DNA of 51,234 bases from Thermoplasmata archaeon (GCA_021812305.1 JAKAOB010000001.1:1-51234); one strand, 5' to 3'. Positions 16,621 through 25,526 are shown, numbered from the stretch's first letter. Numbers and translations: made by a program. The notes: generated from the letters alone by a model not told the origin.

Positions 16621-17517
16621 ATGGCCGTCGCGTCGCCGACGGGGGCCGACGCGTTCCGCTTCCGCCGGCTCGACAAGCCGGAGGAGTTCCGCGGTGTCGA
16701 GGAGATCCAGCGCGGGGCGCTGGGTCTGGGATCCGAGCCACCGGTCCCCGGGTCGCTCCAGCGGGCGATCCAGGACCACGGCGGGCTCGTCCTCGGGGCG
16801 TTCACGGACATCTACCTCGCCGGCTGCGCGGTCGGCCTCCTGGGCTGGGACGGCGAGCGCCTCTACCACTACTCCCACTTCCTCGGCGTGCGCCCCGAGT
16901 ACCAGAACCACCACCTCGGCTACCGGCTGAAGGCGTTCCAGCGGGACGTGGTCCTCCAGCAGGGGCTGCCGGAGATCCGCTGGACCTACGACCCCCTGTC
17001 GAGCCGGCTCGCCCATCTCTACCTCCGGCGCCTCGGGGCGGGGGTCACGGGCTACCTGCTCCACCACTTTGGTCGGCTCGCCACGGCCCGGGACGAAGGG
17101 CTCGAGACGGATCGGCTCTCGGTCACCTGGACCCTCGCCGCGCCGCCCGTCGAACAGCGCCTCGCCGGCCGCCTCCCGACCCGCGAGGAGGACGCGCGCC
17201 GCTGGCGGGCCGCGACCGCGATCGTCGAGACCGAGCCCGGGGACAGCGGCATCCGGCGCCCGACCGCGGTCGCCGAGCCGTCCACACCATCGGCCCACCT
17301 CGAGGTGCCGTTCGACCTCGACCTCGTCCGGGAGCACGAACCGGCCTCGCTCCGCCCCTGGCGTCACGCCGTGCGCGACGCCTTCCGCCTCGCCCTCGAC
17401 CTGGGCTACCGCGTCGACGACTTCGTCGTCGTCTCGGCGGAGCACGAGCGACGGGGCTTCTACCTGCTCGAGCGGGCCGGGGACGGGGGCACGGCGGCGC
17501 GGGTGAAAGAGGGATAA
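16621..17517 (+). CDS. GNAT-superfamily acetyltransferase-like protein (COG3375-like)
   Basis: 298 aa. The region YHYSHFLGVRPEYQNHHLGYRLKAFQRDVVLQQGLPEIRWTYDPLSSRLAHLYLRRLGA fits the GNAT acetyl-CoA region of this family. A TATA-like GTTAAGTA lies 23-30 nt upstream of the ATG. Confidence 0.65.
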   Translation: MAVASPTGADAFRFRRLDKPEEFRGVEEIQRGALGLGSEPPVPGSLQRAIQDHGGLVLGAFTDIYLAGCAVGLLGWDGERLYHYSHFLGVRPEYQNHHLGYRLKAFQRDVVLQQGLPEIRWTYDPLSSRLAHLYLRRLGAGVTGYLLHHFGRLATARDEGLETDRLSVTWTLAAPPVEQRLAGRLPTREEDARRWRAATAIVETEPGDSGIRRPTAVAEPSTPSAHLEVPFDLDLVREHEPASLRPWRHAVRDAFRLALDLGYRVDDFVVVSAEHERRGFYLLERAGDGGTAARVKEG

Positions 17518-17546
17518 GGCACCGACCGACTCCCGGGGAGGCGCGC

Positions 17547-18452
17547 ATGGCCCGCCGTCGTCCTCCTCCGTCCGCCGCGACCCGGGCGCTCGCCCTCGTC
17601 CTGCTGGTCGCCGTGGGGATCGGAGGGGCCGCCACCCTGCTCCCCACCGCGACCAGGGTGGCGCCCTTGACGGGCCCGACCGGACTGCCGGGGGTGAGCG
17701 CGGCGGCGCTCCTCTGGGGGTGCGCCGGCCTCCTCCTCGTCCTCCTCGGCTACTTCGTCGTCGCGCGCCTGCGCTCGGGCCGGGCCTACACCCCCCTCGG
17801 GATCGTGGTCCCCTTCCTCGTGGCGTTCCTGGTCGCGATCGCCTTCCTCGTCGCCGTGCGCTACATCGTGCCGTCGCCGCCCCCCCCGCTCTCGCCGGCC
17901 GCCGGCAACAACACCACCGCGGGCGGGACGGGGACGACCCCGGTGACGAACACGACGAACAACACGACGCTCGTCCGGGGATCGATCATCCCGGGAGCCC
18001 CCCCGTGGGTCGATTACGTCCTGGTCGGGGGCGCGGTGGCGGTCGCCGTCCTCCTCTTCGCGATCCCCCGGCTGGGGGGGTCCCGGGAGGACGCCGCGCC
18101 GCCCCCCGATGCGGAGCGGGCACGGGCCGTGGCCCGGCTGCGGGAGGCCCTCCACGCCCTCGACGAGGGCCCGAACGCGGACCCCCGCGCCGTCGTGATC
18201 GCGCTGTACGCCCGCCTCCTCGGGGAGATCGCGGCCCGCACGACGGGGCTCGACGCGCGGACGCCCCGCGAGATCGAGCGGTACACCGTCGAGCGGCTCG
18301 GCGTCCCGCGCCCGGCGGCGCGGACGCTGACCGAGGTGTTCGAGGAGGCCCGCTATTCGAGCCATCCGCTCCCACCGGCGTCCGTCGAGCGCGCCCGCTC
18401 GGCGCTCCGGGCCGCGCTCACCGGACTCGGGGCGGACGGAGGGGCGGTGTGA
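17547..18452 (+). CDS. Membrane protein with a C-terminal DUF4129-like domain
   Basis: 301 aa with 3-4 TM segments. An Asn/Thr-rich loop AAGNNTTAGGTGTTPVTNTTNNTTL is present. The C-terminus ...ALYARLLGEIAARTTGLDARTPREIERY...FEEARYSSHPL is typical of DUF4129. GATAAGG lies 28-34 nt upstream of the ATG. Confidence 0.7.
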   Translation: MARRRPPPSAATRALALVLLVAVGIGGAATLLPTATRVAPLTGPTGLPGVSAAALLWGCAGLLLVLLGYFVVARLRSGRAYTPLGIVVPFLVAFLVAIAFLVAVRYIVPSPPPPLSPAAGNNTTAGGTGTTPVTNTTNNTTLVRGSIIPGAPPWVDYVLVGGAVAVAVLLFAIPRLGGSREDAAPPPDAERARAVARLREALHALDEGPNADPRAVVIALYARLLGEIAARTTGLDARTPREIERYTVERLGVPRPAARTLTEVFEEARYSSHPLPPASVERARSALRAALTGLGADGGAV

Positions 18453-18859
18453 GCACCGATACGCTCGAGGTCGCGCTTCTGGTGACCGCGCTCGCGGGGG
18501 GCGCGGTCGCCGTTGCGGCGATCTCGGACCCCGCCCTCGCGACCGCCGGCGGGGCGGTCGGCCTGCTCGCCGTGCTCGGCCTCGTGGCCCGGGAGGCGAC
18601 CCGCTCGCTGGGATCCTCCCCGGCCGCGGCCGCGCCGGCTCCCCCGGACGATCCGTTCGCCTCGGTACGGGCGGCGGTCGCGGGGTCCACGGTCCAGCGC
18701 GACCGCATCCTCGGGACGCTCGTCCGCATCGACCGGGCGCGCGGGGTCACGGCGCCGACCCTATCCCCCGAGGAGACGGCCCGTCTCGGGAAGATCCCTC
18801 CCGAGGAGTTCCGGACGTGGCTGCGCGGCGAGATCGAGCGCCGGGAGGCGGAGTTCTGA
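18449..18859 (+). CDS. Small membrane protein (2 TM) with a helical C-terminal domain, function unknown
   Basis: GTG 18449 overlaps the upstream stop (GTGA). 136 aa. The sequence runs LEVALLVTALAGGAVAVAAI / GGAVGLLAVLGLVA and then ...SPEETARLGKIPPEEFRTWLRGEIERREAEF. It lies inside the long tracked ORF 17720..18859, whose N-terminal part is off-frame noise. Confidence 0.55.
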   Translation: MSTDTLEVALLVTALAGGAVAVAAISDPALATAGGAVGLLAVLGLVAREATRSLGSSPAAAAPAPPDDPFASVRAAVAGSTVQRDRILGTLVRIDRARGVTAPTLSPEETARLGKIPPEEFRTWLRGEIERREAEF

Positions 18860-20154
18860 TCGGGTCCGAGCCCCGGGAGACGGAGGTCCGTCGCCGTACC
18901 CCGGCGGCGATCACCCTCGCGGCCGGGGGAGTGCTGGCGCTCGCCGCGATCGTCCTGCGGAGCCCGGTCCCCCTGCTCCTCGCCCTGCCCCTGCTCATCG
19001 CCCCGGCGCTCGCCGCGTTCTCCGCCCCCCCCGAGGACGGAATCGCCCGGCTGCGCTGGAGCGACGCCGGCGAGGGCGCGGAGGTGCGGCTCGTCGGCAC
19101 GCTCGCCGTCCCCGACGGGACCGACCCCCGCTCGCTGACCGTCCGATTCTACCGGCCGGCCCCGCTGACGGAGGAGGCACCCCCCGAGCTCCGGGCCGGG
19201 GACGGCGGGCTGGCCTTCACGACGCACTGGCGGGCCCCCTACCCGTGCCTCGCCGTCGTGCCGCTGCCGGAGGTCCGCTGGACGGACCCGCTCGGGCTCG
19301 CCGAGACCCGCCGGCCGGTCGAGGGGCGGGCCCTGCGGGTCGAGCGGTTCCCTCCCGAGGTCCGCCGCCTCTCCGCCGTCCGCCTGCGGCGGACGACCCC
19401 GCTGCCGGGCGAGGTGCGCGCCCGCTCGCTCGGCCCCGCGGGCGAGTTCTTCACGCTCCGCGCCGCGGCCGGCGGCGACCCGGTGCGCCGGATCAATTGG
19501 CAGGCCTCGGCGCGCCAGGGCCGGCTGCTCGTGAACGAGTTCGCCGTCGAGCGGACCGGGGACATCCTGCTGGTCCTCGACGAGCGACCGACGTCGCTCG
19601 GGGCGGAGCGCGACGCCGCCCTGCTCGCCCTTTCGGCCTCCGCGGCGCTCGGGATCGCCACCGGGTTCCTCGCAGAGAAGGCCCGCGTCGGCCTGGCCCT
19701 CTACGACGAGTTCCTGACGGCGATCCCCCTGGGGTCGGGCCGCCTCCAGCGCCACCGCATCGCCCGCGCGCTCACCTCGGCCCGCGTCGGCTCCGCCGCG
19801 GGCCCCTCCGAACGGCTGGCGGTCTCGCTGCGGCGCTACTTCCCTCCCGGCGTCACGACGGTGCTCTTCACCCCCCTGGCGGACGACGACGGCGGCCTCC
19901 TCCTCTCCCACCTGCGCCGTCGCGGCTTTCCCGTGGCCGTGCTGAGCCCCTCCCCGATCCCGCTGTTCGTGGCGGCCGGCGCCGGGCGGGGCGAGGACGA
20001 CGCCCTGGCCACCCGGCTCCTCGCCCTCGCCCGCCGGCAGCGGATCGCCGACACCTGGCGCGAGGCGCCGGTCGTCGACTGGGACGACTACTGGAGCCTC
20101 GCCGGCTTCGTCCGCTTCCTTTCGACCCCCGTGCTCGAGCGGAGGCGGTCGTGA
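18817..20154 (+). CDS. DUF58 domain-containing protein (VWA-like partner of MoxR ATPases)
   Basis: 445 aa with two N-terminal TM segments. The DUF58 core is FTLRAAAGGDPVRRINWQASARQGRLLVNEFAVERTGDILLVLD. GTG 18817 would overlap the previous gene by 43 nt, so the exact start is uncertain. Confidence 0.85.
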   Translation: MAARRDRAPGGGVLIGSEPRETEVRRRTPAAITLAAGGVLALAAIVLRSPVPLLLALPLLIAPALAAFSAPPEDGIARLRWSDAGEGAEVRLVGTLAVPDGTDPRSLTVRFYRPAPLTEEAPPELRAGDGGLAFTTHWRAPYPCLAVVPLPEVRWTDPLGLAETRRPVEGRALRVERFPPEVRRLSAVRLRRTTPLPGEVRARSLGPAGEFFTLRAAAGGDPVRRINWQASARQGRLLVNEFAVERTGDILLVLDERPTSLGAERDAALLALSASAALGIATGFLAEKARVGLALYDEFLTAIPLGSGRLQRHRIARALTSARVGSAAGPSERLAVSLRRYFPPGVTTVLFTPLADDDGGLLLSHLRRRGFPVAVLSPSPIPLFVAAGAGRGEDDALATRLLALARRQRIADTWREAPVVDWDDYWSLAGFVRFLSTPVLERRRS

Positions 20155-20747
20155 CGGGCCCGACCCGGCCGGCCGGGGGGGGTGGTGCGCCCCCGCCCCT
20201 GCTCCCGACGGTGATCCTCGGCGCGGCGATGGTCGTCCTCGGAACGCTGGATCTCGGGAACGGGCCGGCGGCGCTCCTCGTGGCGCTCTTCGGAGCGGCC
20301 GGCGTCGCGATCCTCGAGCGCGTCGCGGGGGGCCGGGGACGCGCCGCCGCGGCGATGCTGGCGCTCGTGGCGCTGGGCGTCGGCGCGCTCGCGGCCACGC
20401 CCGGACCGGCCCCGGAGCTCCTCGCGGGGATCGCGGGGCTCGCGTTCCTCGCGTGGCTCGCCCCCCCTCCGACCCCGACCTCCGGCGGTCGCCGACGGCT
20501 CGAGGGGCTCGTGCTTCCCGGTCTCGCCGTCGGGATCGCCTTCGCGACCTCGGCGTTCCTCCCTCCGGCGCCCGGGTTCGAGACCGTCGGGATCGCCCTC
20601 CTGGTCGGAGCGCTCGCCGCGATCGCCTTCGTCCTGGCCCGCCCGGCCCTTCTCACCCCCCCGCGGAAGGCTCTTGAGGCCGCGCGGGGTGATTCCTCCG
20701 GCGCGGCCGACACGGCCCGCCCGAGTACCGTCGAAGGGTCCCTCTAG
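20151..20747 (+). CDS. Multi-pass membrane protein, function unknown
   Basis: GTG 20151 overlaps the DUF58 stop (GTGA). 198 aa with about 5-6 Ala/Gly/Leu-rich hydrophobic segments. It lies inside the tracked ORF 18513..20747. Confidence 0.6.
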   Translation: MTGPTRPAGGGGAPPPLLPTVILGAAMVVLGTLDLGNGPAALLVALFGAAGVAILERVAGGRGRAAAAMLALVALGVGALAATPGPAPELLAGIAGLAFLAWLAPPPTPTSGGRRRLEGLVLPGLAVGIAFATSAFLPPAPGFETVGIALLVGALAAIAFVLARPALLTPPRKALEAARGDSSGAADTARPSTVEGSL

Positions 20748-20878
20748 ACCGCACGCGGACGGGTCGTCCGCTGGGATGACGTGAGGACAACCCCGGTATC
20801 CGAAAGCCCCGGCCGGGTCAGGACCCCGAGAGGGCCGTTGCGGCCTGCGGTGACGCGGCTCCGTTACGGCCGGGGAAC

Positions 20879-21889
20879 ATGCGTCCCCGTCGAGGATATG
20901 TAGTGCCCCCGGTGCTTCGGAGGCCGGAGCGCGGACCGGTGCGCGGGGGCGAAGCGCGGGAGCTCATCGCCCGCGTGCGGGAGGCGGTGCACGTCGCGGT
21001 CGTCGGACGCGACGCGGTCCTCGACCAGGTCCTGACGGGACTCCTCGCGGACGGCCACCTCCTTCTGGAGGACCTTCCCGGTCTCGGCAAGACGCTCATC
21101 GCGAAGTCGTTCGCCCGCGCCCTCGGCCTCCAGTTCGCCCGGGTCCAGTTCACCGCCGACCTCCTCCCCCACGACATCACCGGGGGCGAGGTCTACGACG
21201 CCGCGAAGGGCCTCTTCACGTTCCGTCCCGGCCCGCTGTTCACGAACCTCCTGCTCGCGGACGAGATCAACCGGGCGCCGCCCAAGGTCCAGTCGGCGCT
21301 CCTCGAGGCGATGCAGGAGCACCAGGTGACGAGCGAACGGTCGACCTATCCCCTCGACCGCCCGTTCCTCGTCCTCGCGACGCAGAACCCGCTCGAGCTC
21401 GAGGGGACGTACCCCCTTCCCGAGGCGCAGGTGGACCGGTTCCTGATGCGGCTGAGCGTCGGGTATCCGACGGGCGACGAGGAGCGGGAGATCCTGGCGC
21501 GGCGCCGCGCGCGCCGGGAGGACGACGCCGAGGTCCCCAACGTGCTGAAGCCCGGCGAGTTCCGCGCGATGCAGCGGGCGACGGAGGACGTCGAGGTCGA
21601 TCCGGCGATCGAGCGGTACGTCGTCGCGGTCGTCTCGGCCACGCGGGGGGATGCGCACGCCGAGGTCGGCGCGTCCCCGCGGGGCTCGCTCGCCCTGCTG
21701 AAGCTCGCGCGGGCCCGGGCGCTGATCGAGGGCCGGGACTTCGCCGTGCCGGACGACGTGAAGTCCCTCGCGGTGCCGGCGCTCGCCCACCGCATCGTCA
21801 TCCGCCCGGAGCCGTGGATCCGCGGAGTGCGCGGGCGCCAGGTCGTCGAGGCGGCCCTCGACCGGGTCCCCGTGCCGAAGGTCCCGTAG
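20879..21889 (+). CDS. moxR: MoxR-family AAA+ ATPase
   Basis: 336 aa. Motifs seen: Walker A LEDLPGLGKTLIAKSFA, FARVQFTADLLPHDITG, Walker B LLADEINRAPPKVQSALLEAMQE, and ATQNPLELEGTYPLPEAQVDRF. Confidence 0.95.
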   Translation: MRPRRGYVVPPVLRRPERGPVRGGEARELIARVREAVHVAVVGRDAVLDQVLTGLLADGHLLLEDLPGLGKTLIAKSFARALGLQFARVQFTADLLPHDITGGEVYDAAKGLFTFRPGPLFTNLLLADEINRAPPKVQSALLEAMQEHQVTSERSTYPLDRPFLVLATQNPLELEGTYPLPEAQVDRFLMRLSVGYPTGDEEREILARRRARREDDAEVPNVLKPGEFRAMQRATEDVEVDPAIERYVVAVVSATRGDAHAEVGASPRGSLALLKLARARALIEGRDFAVPDDVKSLAVPALAHRIVIRPEPWIRGVRGRQVVEAALDRVPVPKVP

Positions 21890-21940
21890 GGCCGAGCCGG
21901 GGCGGGCAACCGTTTTCTCCCCGGTCCCGGTCCTCCGGCC

Positions 21941-22894
21941 ATGACCCCCGAGCCGCCCCTGGTCATCGTGGCCGATCCGATCGACGCCGCTGCCGTGGAG
22001 CGGCTGCGGAAGGGACCGTGCCGGGTCGCCGACGCGACGGCGGGCGCGGCCGCGCTCGCCCCGCTCCTGCCCGACGCCTGGGGGCTGGTCGTCCGCAGCC
22101 GCACGAAGGTGACCCGGGAGCTCCTCGAGCGGGCGCCGAAGCTCTCGCTCGTCGCCCGCGCCGGGGTGGGCGTCGACAACGTGGACATGGCCGCGGCCAC
22201 GGCCCGCCGGGTCCGAGTCGTGAACGCCCCCAGGGCCGCGACGGCGAGCGTCGCCGAGCTGAGCGTCGCCTTCTACGTGATGCTCGCCCGGGACCTGGCC
22301 GCGCGGGTCCGCGCGACGAAGGACGGCGACTGGAAGCGCGGAGAGAACGGGACCGAGATCGCGGGCAAGACCGTCGGGTTCGTCGGCTACGGACGGATCG
22401 CCCGGGAGATCGCGCGGCGCCTGCAGGCGTTCGGCGTCGTGGCGATCGCGCACGACCCGTTCGTGACCGAGACCCACGACGGGACGACCCTCCTCCCGCT
22501 CGACGATCTGCTCGGCCGGTCGGACTTCGTGAGCCTGCACGCCGCGCTGACACCGGAGAACCACCATCTTCTGAACGCCGAGCGGATCGCCCGGATGAAG
22601 CGGGGGGCGTTCGTCGTCAACGTCGCGCGCGGCCCGCTCGTGGACGAGGTCGCGCTGCTCGACGGGCTGCGCTCCGGGGCCGTCGGCGGGGCCGCGCTCG
22701 ATGTCTTCGAGGTCGAGCCCCCGAAGCGCGCGGAGCTGCTGGCCCACCCCCGCCTCATCGCGACGCCGCACCTCGGGGCCTCGACGCACGAGGCCCAGCA
22801 GCGCGCGGGCGACCAGACGGTCGACGAGGTGCTCCGGGCGCTCCGGGGCGAACCCTTACAATCCCTCGTGAATCCCGAGGTGAGGTCCGCATGA
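21941..22894 (+). CDS. serA: D-isomer-specific 2-hydroxyacid dehydrogenase (3-phosphoglycerate dehydrogenase / hydroxypyruvate reductase type, no ACT domain)
   Basis: 317 aa. Motifs seen: the NAD fold GKTVGFVGYGRIAREIARRL, FVSLHAALTPENHHLL, VNVARGPLVDE, and the catalytic-His region ATPHLGAST. Confidence 0.85.
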   Translation: MTPEPPLVIVADPIDAAAVERLRKGPCRVADATAGAAALAPLLPDAWGLVVRSRTKVTRELLERAPKLSLVARAGVGVDNVDMAAATARRVRVVNAPRAATASVAELSVAFYVMLARDLAARVRATKDGDWKRGENGTEIAGKTVGFVGYGRIAREIARRLQAFGVVAIAHDPFVTETHDGTTLLPLDDLLGRSDFVSLHAALTPENHHLLNAERIARMKRGAFVVNVARGPLVDEVALLDGLRSGAVGGAALDVFEVEPPKRAELLAHPRLIATPHLGASTHEAQQRAGDQTVDEVLRALRGEPLQSLVNPEVRSA

Positions 22895-24036
22895 CGCCCG
22901 ACCCCGAGACCACGACGTTCCTGATCGCCGGACCGGTCCGCATCCATCCCCGGGTCCTCCGGGCGATGAGCTTCTCCTCGGTCAACCACCGGGGCGACTA
23001 CTTCCACGGCGTCGTCGGCGAGATCCGCGAGCTCCTCCCCGTGCTGTTCGGCGCCCGGGGCCACCACGCGATCCTGACCGGGAGCGGCAGCGCCGGCCTC
23101 GAAGCGATGTACTCCTCGCTCGTCCCGAAGGACGGGCGCACCCTCGTCCTGTCGAACGGGAACTTCGGCGAGCGGACCGACCAGATCGTTCGCCGCTACG
23201 CGTCCACGGTCACGACCCTCACCGCCCCGTGGGGGCAGCACATCCCGATCGAGGCGGCCCGGGCGGAGCTCGACCGGGGCGACGTCCGCGCGGTCTGCGT
23301 CGTCCACAACGAGACGAGCGTCGGGCTGCAGAACGACCTCGCGCTCCTCGCGCCGCACGTCCGCCGCTCCGGCGCGCTCTTCCTCGTCGACGGGATCTCC
23401 GCCGTCGCCGGCATTCCGCTCGAGATCGAGGCGTGGGGGATCGACGCCGTCGTGGCCGGCAGCCAGAAGGGACTCGCCGCCCCCGCCGGGCTCGCCATGG
23501 TCCACCTCTCCGACCGTGCGGTCGCCGCGCTCCACCCCGGCACCTTCTACCTCGACCTGGCCGAGCATCTTTCGTCGATCGAGAAGAACGACACCCCCTG
23601 GACCCCCGCCGTCCCGTTGTTCCTCGCGCTGCGCGAAGCGCTCCTCCTCCTGAAGGAGGAGACCCTCGCCGGCCGCCTCGCCCGCACGCACGCCCTGGCC
23701 GACGCGACCCGCGCCGCGGCCGCGGCGATCGGTCTCGAGCTCTACCCGGACCCGGCGCACGCGTCGGACACCGTAACGGCGATCCGCAACCCGGCCGGCC
23801 TCGGCGACGCCCAGGTCCGCAAGGCGCTCCTCGACACGTTCCACGTCGCCGTCCAGGGCGGCCAGGGCGCGCTCAAGGGCAAGATCTTCCGCATCGGCCA
23901 CATGGGGATCGCCGACTGGCCGGACCTGCTCGTGGCGTTCGCGGGTCTGGAGCGGATACTGGCCAAGGCCGGGCGGCTGCGCACCCCCGGCGCGGCCCTG
24001 TCGGCGATCGCGGAGCGGATGCCGCTCCCGCCGTAG
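22891..24036 (+). CDS. Class V PLP-dependent aminotransferase (serine-glyoxylate/serine-pyruvate or archaeal phosphoserine aminotransferase type)
   Basis: ATG 22891 lies in an ATGA overlap with the dehydrogenase stop. 381 aa. Supporting sequence: ILTGSGSAGLEAM, VHNETSVGLQNDL, LVDGISAVAG, the PLP lysine context AGSQKGLAAPAGL, and FRIGHMG. Confidence 0.85.
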   Translation: MTPDPETTTFLIAGPVRIHPRVLRAMSFSSVNHRGDYFHGVVGEIRELLPVLFGARGHHAILTGSGSAGLEAMYSSLVPKDGRTLVLSNGNFGERTDQIVRRYASTVTTLTAPWGQHIPIEAARAELDRGDVRAVCVVHNETSVGLQNDLALLAPHVRRSGALFLVDGISAVAGIPLEIEAWGIDAVVAGSQKGLAAPAGLAMVHLSDRAVAALHPGTFYLDLAEHLSSIEKNDTPWTPAVPLFLALREALLLLKEETLAGRLARTHALADATRAAAAAIGLELYPDPAHASDTVTAIRNPAGLGDAQVRKALLDTFHVAVQGGQGALKGKIFRIGHMGIADWPDLLVAFAGLERILAKAGRLRTPGAALSAIAERMPLPP

Positions 24037-24047
24037 CGACCGGCGCC

Positions 24048-24479
24048 TCAGATATCGACGATGACGCGGGCCCGCCCCCGTGCCGGGTCGACGGCGAGCC
24101 GGTGGAACGTCGCCGCCTTGATCTCCTCGTGCCGGGGGTGGCGCGCGGCGTCGAACGGCTCCCCCCGCGCCGTCGCGACGAGCGCGGTGGGGGGGTCCCC
24201 TTCGAGCGCGACGACGAGGTCGCGGACGAGGAACCCCTCCCCCTGCTGGAGGAGGATGAGCTCGTTCAGGAACCGGACCGCGAGCGCGCCGGGGTCCTGG
24301 GCGCGGACCGAGACGGTGCGCTCCTCCCGGGGGCGCACGCGGCGAAGGTCGGTCATCCGCGCGAACAGGCCGAGCCCGAGCGCCTCGTAGAGGGCCGCCG
24401 CCCCGTCGGCCCGGACCCAGACCCCCACGTCGGCGGTCGTCGGGAAGCTCCCCCAGCGGCGCCGCCGGCGCCCGCCCAT
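24048..24479 (-). CDS. Archease (RtcB tRNA-ligase cofactor family)
   Basis: 143 aa. Supporting sequence: TTADVGVWVRADGAAALYEALGLGLF, FLNELILLQQ, and the C-terminal IKAATFHRLAV...RVIVDI. Confidence 0.85.
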   Translation of the reverse strand: MGGRRRRRWGSFPTTADVGVWVRADGAAALYEALGLGLFARMTDLRRVRPREERTVSVRAQDPGALAVRFLNELILLQQGEGFLVRDLVVALEGDPPTALVATARGEPFDAARHPRHEEIKAATFHRLAVDPARGRARVIVDI

Positions 24480-24514
24480 CCTTGGGACCCCCCGCCGCGA
24501 CCGGCGGGGAGAGG

Positions 24515-24521
24515 CTTAAAG
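24515..24521. promoter_or_regulatory. Shared TATA-like element (CTTAAAG) between the divergent archease and GT2 genes
   Basis: It is the only A/T-rich element in the 66-bp divergent spacer. It lies 25-31 nt upstream of ATG 24546 (+) and 36-42 nt upstream of ATG 24479 (-). Confidence 0.35.
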
Positions 24522-24545
24522 CGATACCCTGACCTCGTACGGCCG

Positions 24546-25334
24546 ATGCGGGGCTCGCTCCTCGTCCCGACCCTGAACGAGGCCGCGACGATCGGCCACG
24601 TCCTCCGGGAGTTCCGCGCGGCCGCGACGGCCGCGAACGCGACCCTGTTCCGCGACGACCCCATCGAGTGGGAGATGCTGGTCATCGACGGGGCCTCGAC
24701 CGACGGGACCGCCGAGCGGGCGGCGGCGGAGGGGGCCCGGGTGATCGTCGAGCGCCGTCCGGGCTACGGCCGCGCCTACCGCACCGGCTTCGCCGAGGCG
24801 ACGGGGGAGGTCCTCGCCACCCTGGACGGCGACGGGACCTACCCCGCTCCCGAGATCCCCCGCCTGGTCCGCACGCTCTTCGACGAGCACCTGGACTTCC
24901 TCACCTGCAACCGGCTCGCCTTCCTCGACCGGCGGGCGATGACGACGGAGCACCGGATCGGCAACTGGGTGCTCAACACGTTCCTCCGCATCGCCTTCGC
25001 CCGCTACCTCGCGAGCGCCGGGCTCCGTCTCGCCGACAGCCAGAGCGGGATGTGGGTGTTCCGTCGGGCGGTCCTCGACCGGGTGACCCTGACCCAGGAC
25101 GGGATGCCGATGAGCGAGGAGCTCAAGATCGAAGTGATCCTCCACGGCCTGAAGGCCGAGGAGGTCCCGATCCGCTACGCGGAGCGCTGGGGGGGACCCC
25201 CGAAGCTCTCGAGCTGGCGCGACGGCCGGCGGAACCTCATGTTCCTCCTCACGCGGCGGCTCGAGCTCGCGCGCCAGGCCCGCGGCGGGGGCGGCTACCC
25301 GATCGGCGGCCCGCAGGAGCCGGCGGGGCGGTGA
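24546..25334 (+). CDS. GT2-family glycosyltransferase (dolichyl-phosphate sugar synthase-like)
   Basis: 262 aa from ATG 24546, inside the tracked ORF 23229..25334. Motifs seen: SLLVPTLNEA, VIDGASTDGT, the DxD-like LDGDGTY, and SQSGMWVFRR. Confidence 0.85.
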   Translation: MRGSLLVPTLNEAATIGHVLREFRAAATAANATLFRDDPIEWEMLVIDGASTDGTAERAAAEGARVIVERRPGYGRAYRTGFAEATGEVLATLDGDGTYPAPEIPRLVRTLFDEHLDFLTCNRLAFLDRRAMTTEHRIGNWVLNTFLRIAFARYLASAGLRLADSQSGMWVFRRAVLDRVTLTQDGMPMSEELKIEVILHGLKAEEVPIRYAERWGGPPKLSSWRDGRRNLMFLLTRRLELARQARGGGGYPIGGPQEPAGR

Positions 25335-25341
25335 TCCGCCC

Positions 25342-25494
25342 TTACTGGGTCTTGCCCGCGCGCTCGCGGGACTTCACGCGGAGCCCCTTGTAGCCGCACT
25401 TGCGGCACTGCACGGCCTTCGGCGGGTTCCGCGCCGAGCAGTTCATGCAGATCTTCTTGACCAGGAGCCGGTTCACGGCCTCGGGGAACGGCAT
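25342..25494 (-). CDS. rpl40e: 50S ribosomal protein L40e
   Basis: This 50-aa ORF is below the ORF-track size cutoff. The translation [50 protein letters not shown] carries the CxxC...CxxC zinc ribbon and the KCGYKGLR signature of L40e. Confidence 0.9.
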   Translation of the reverse strand: MPFPEAVNRLLVKKICMNCSARNPPKAVQCRKCGYKGLRVKSRERAGKTQ

Positions 25495-25515
25495 GGGCGC
25501 GCGGGCACCCACGGT

Positions 25516-25526
25516 GGGGTATAAAA
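25516..25526 (-). promoter_or_regulatory. TATA box TTTTATACCCC (minus-strand reading) of rpl40e
   Basis: It lies about 22-32 nt upstream of ATG 25494. An identical 11-mer precedes the ferredoxin gene at 37181-37191. Confidence 0.5.
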
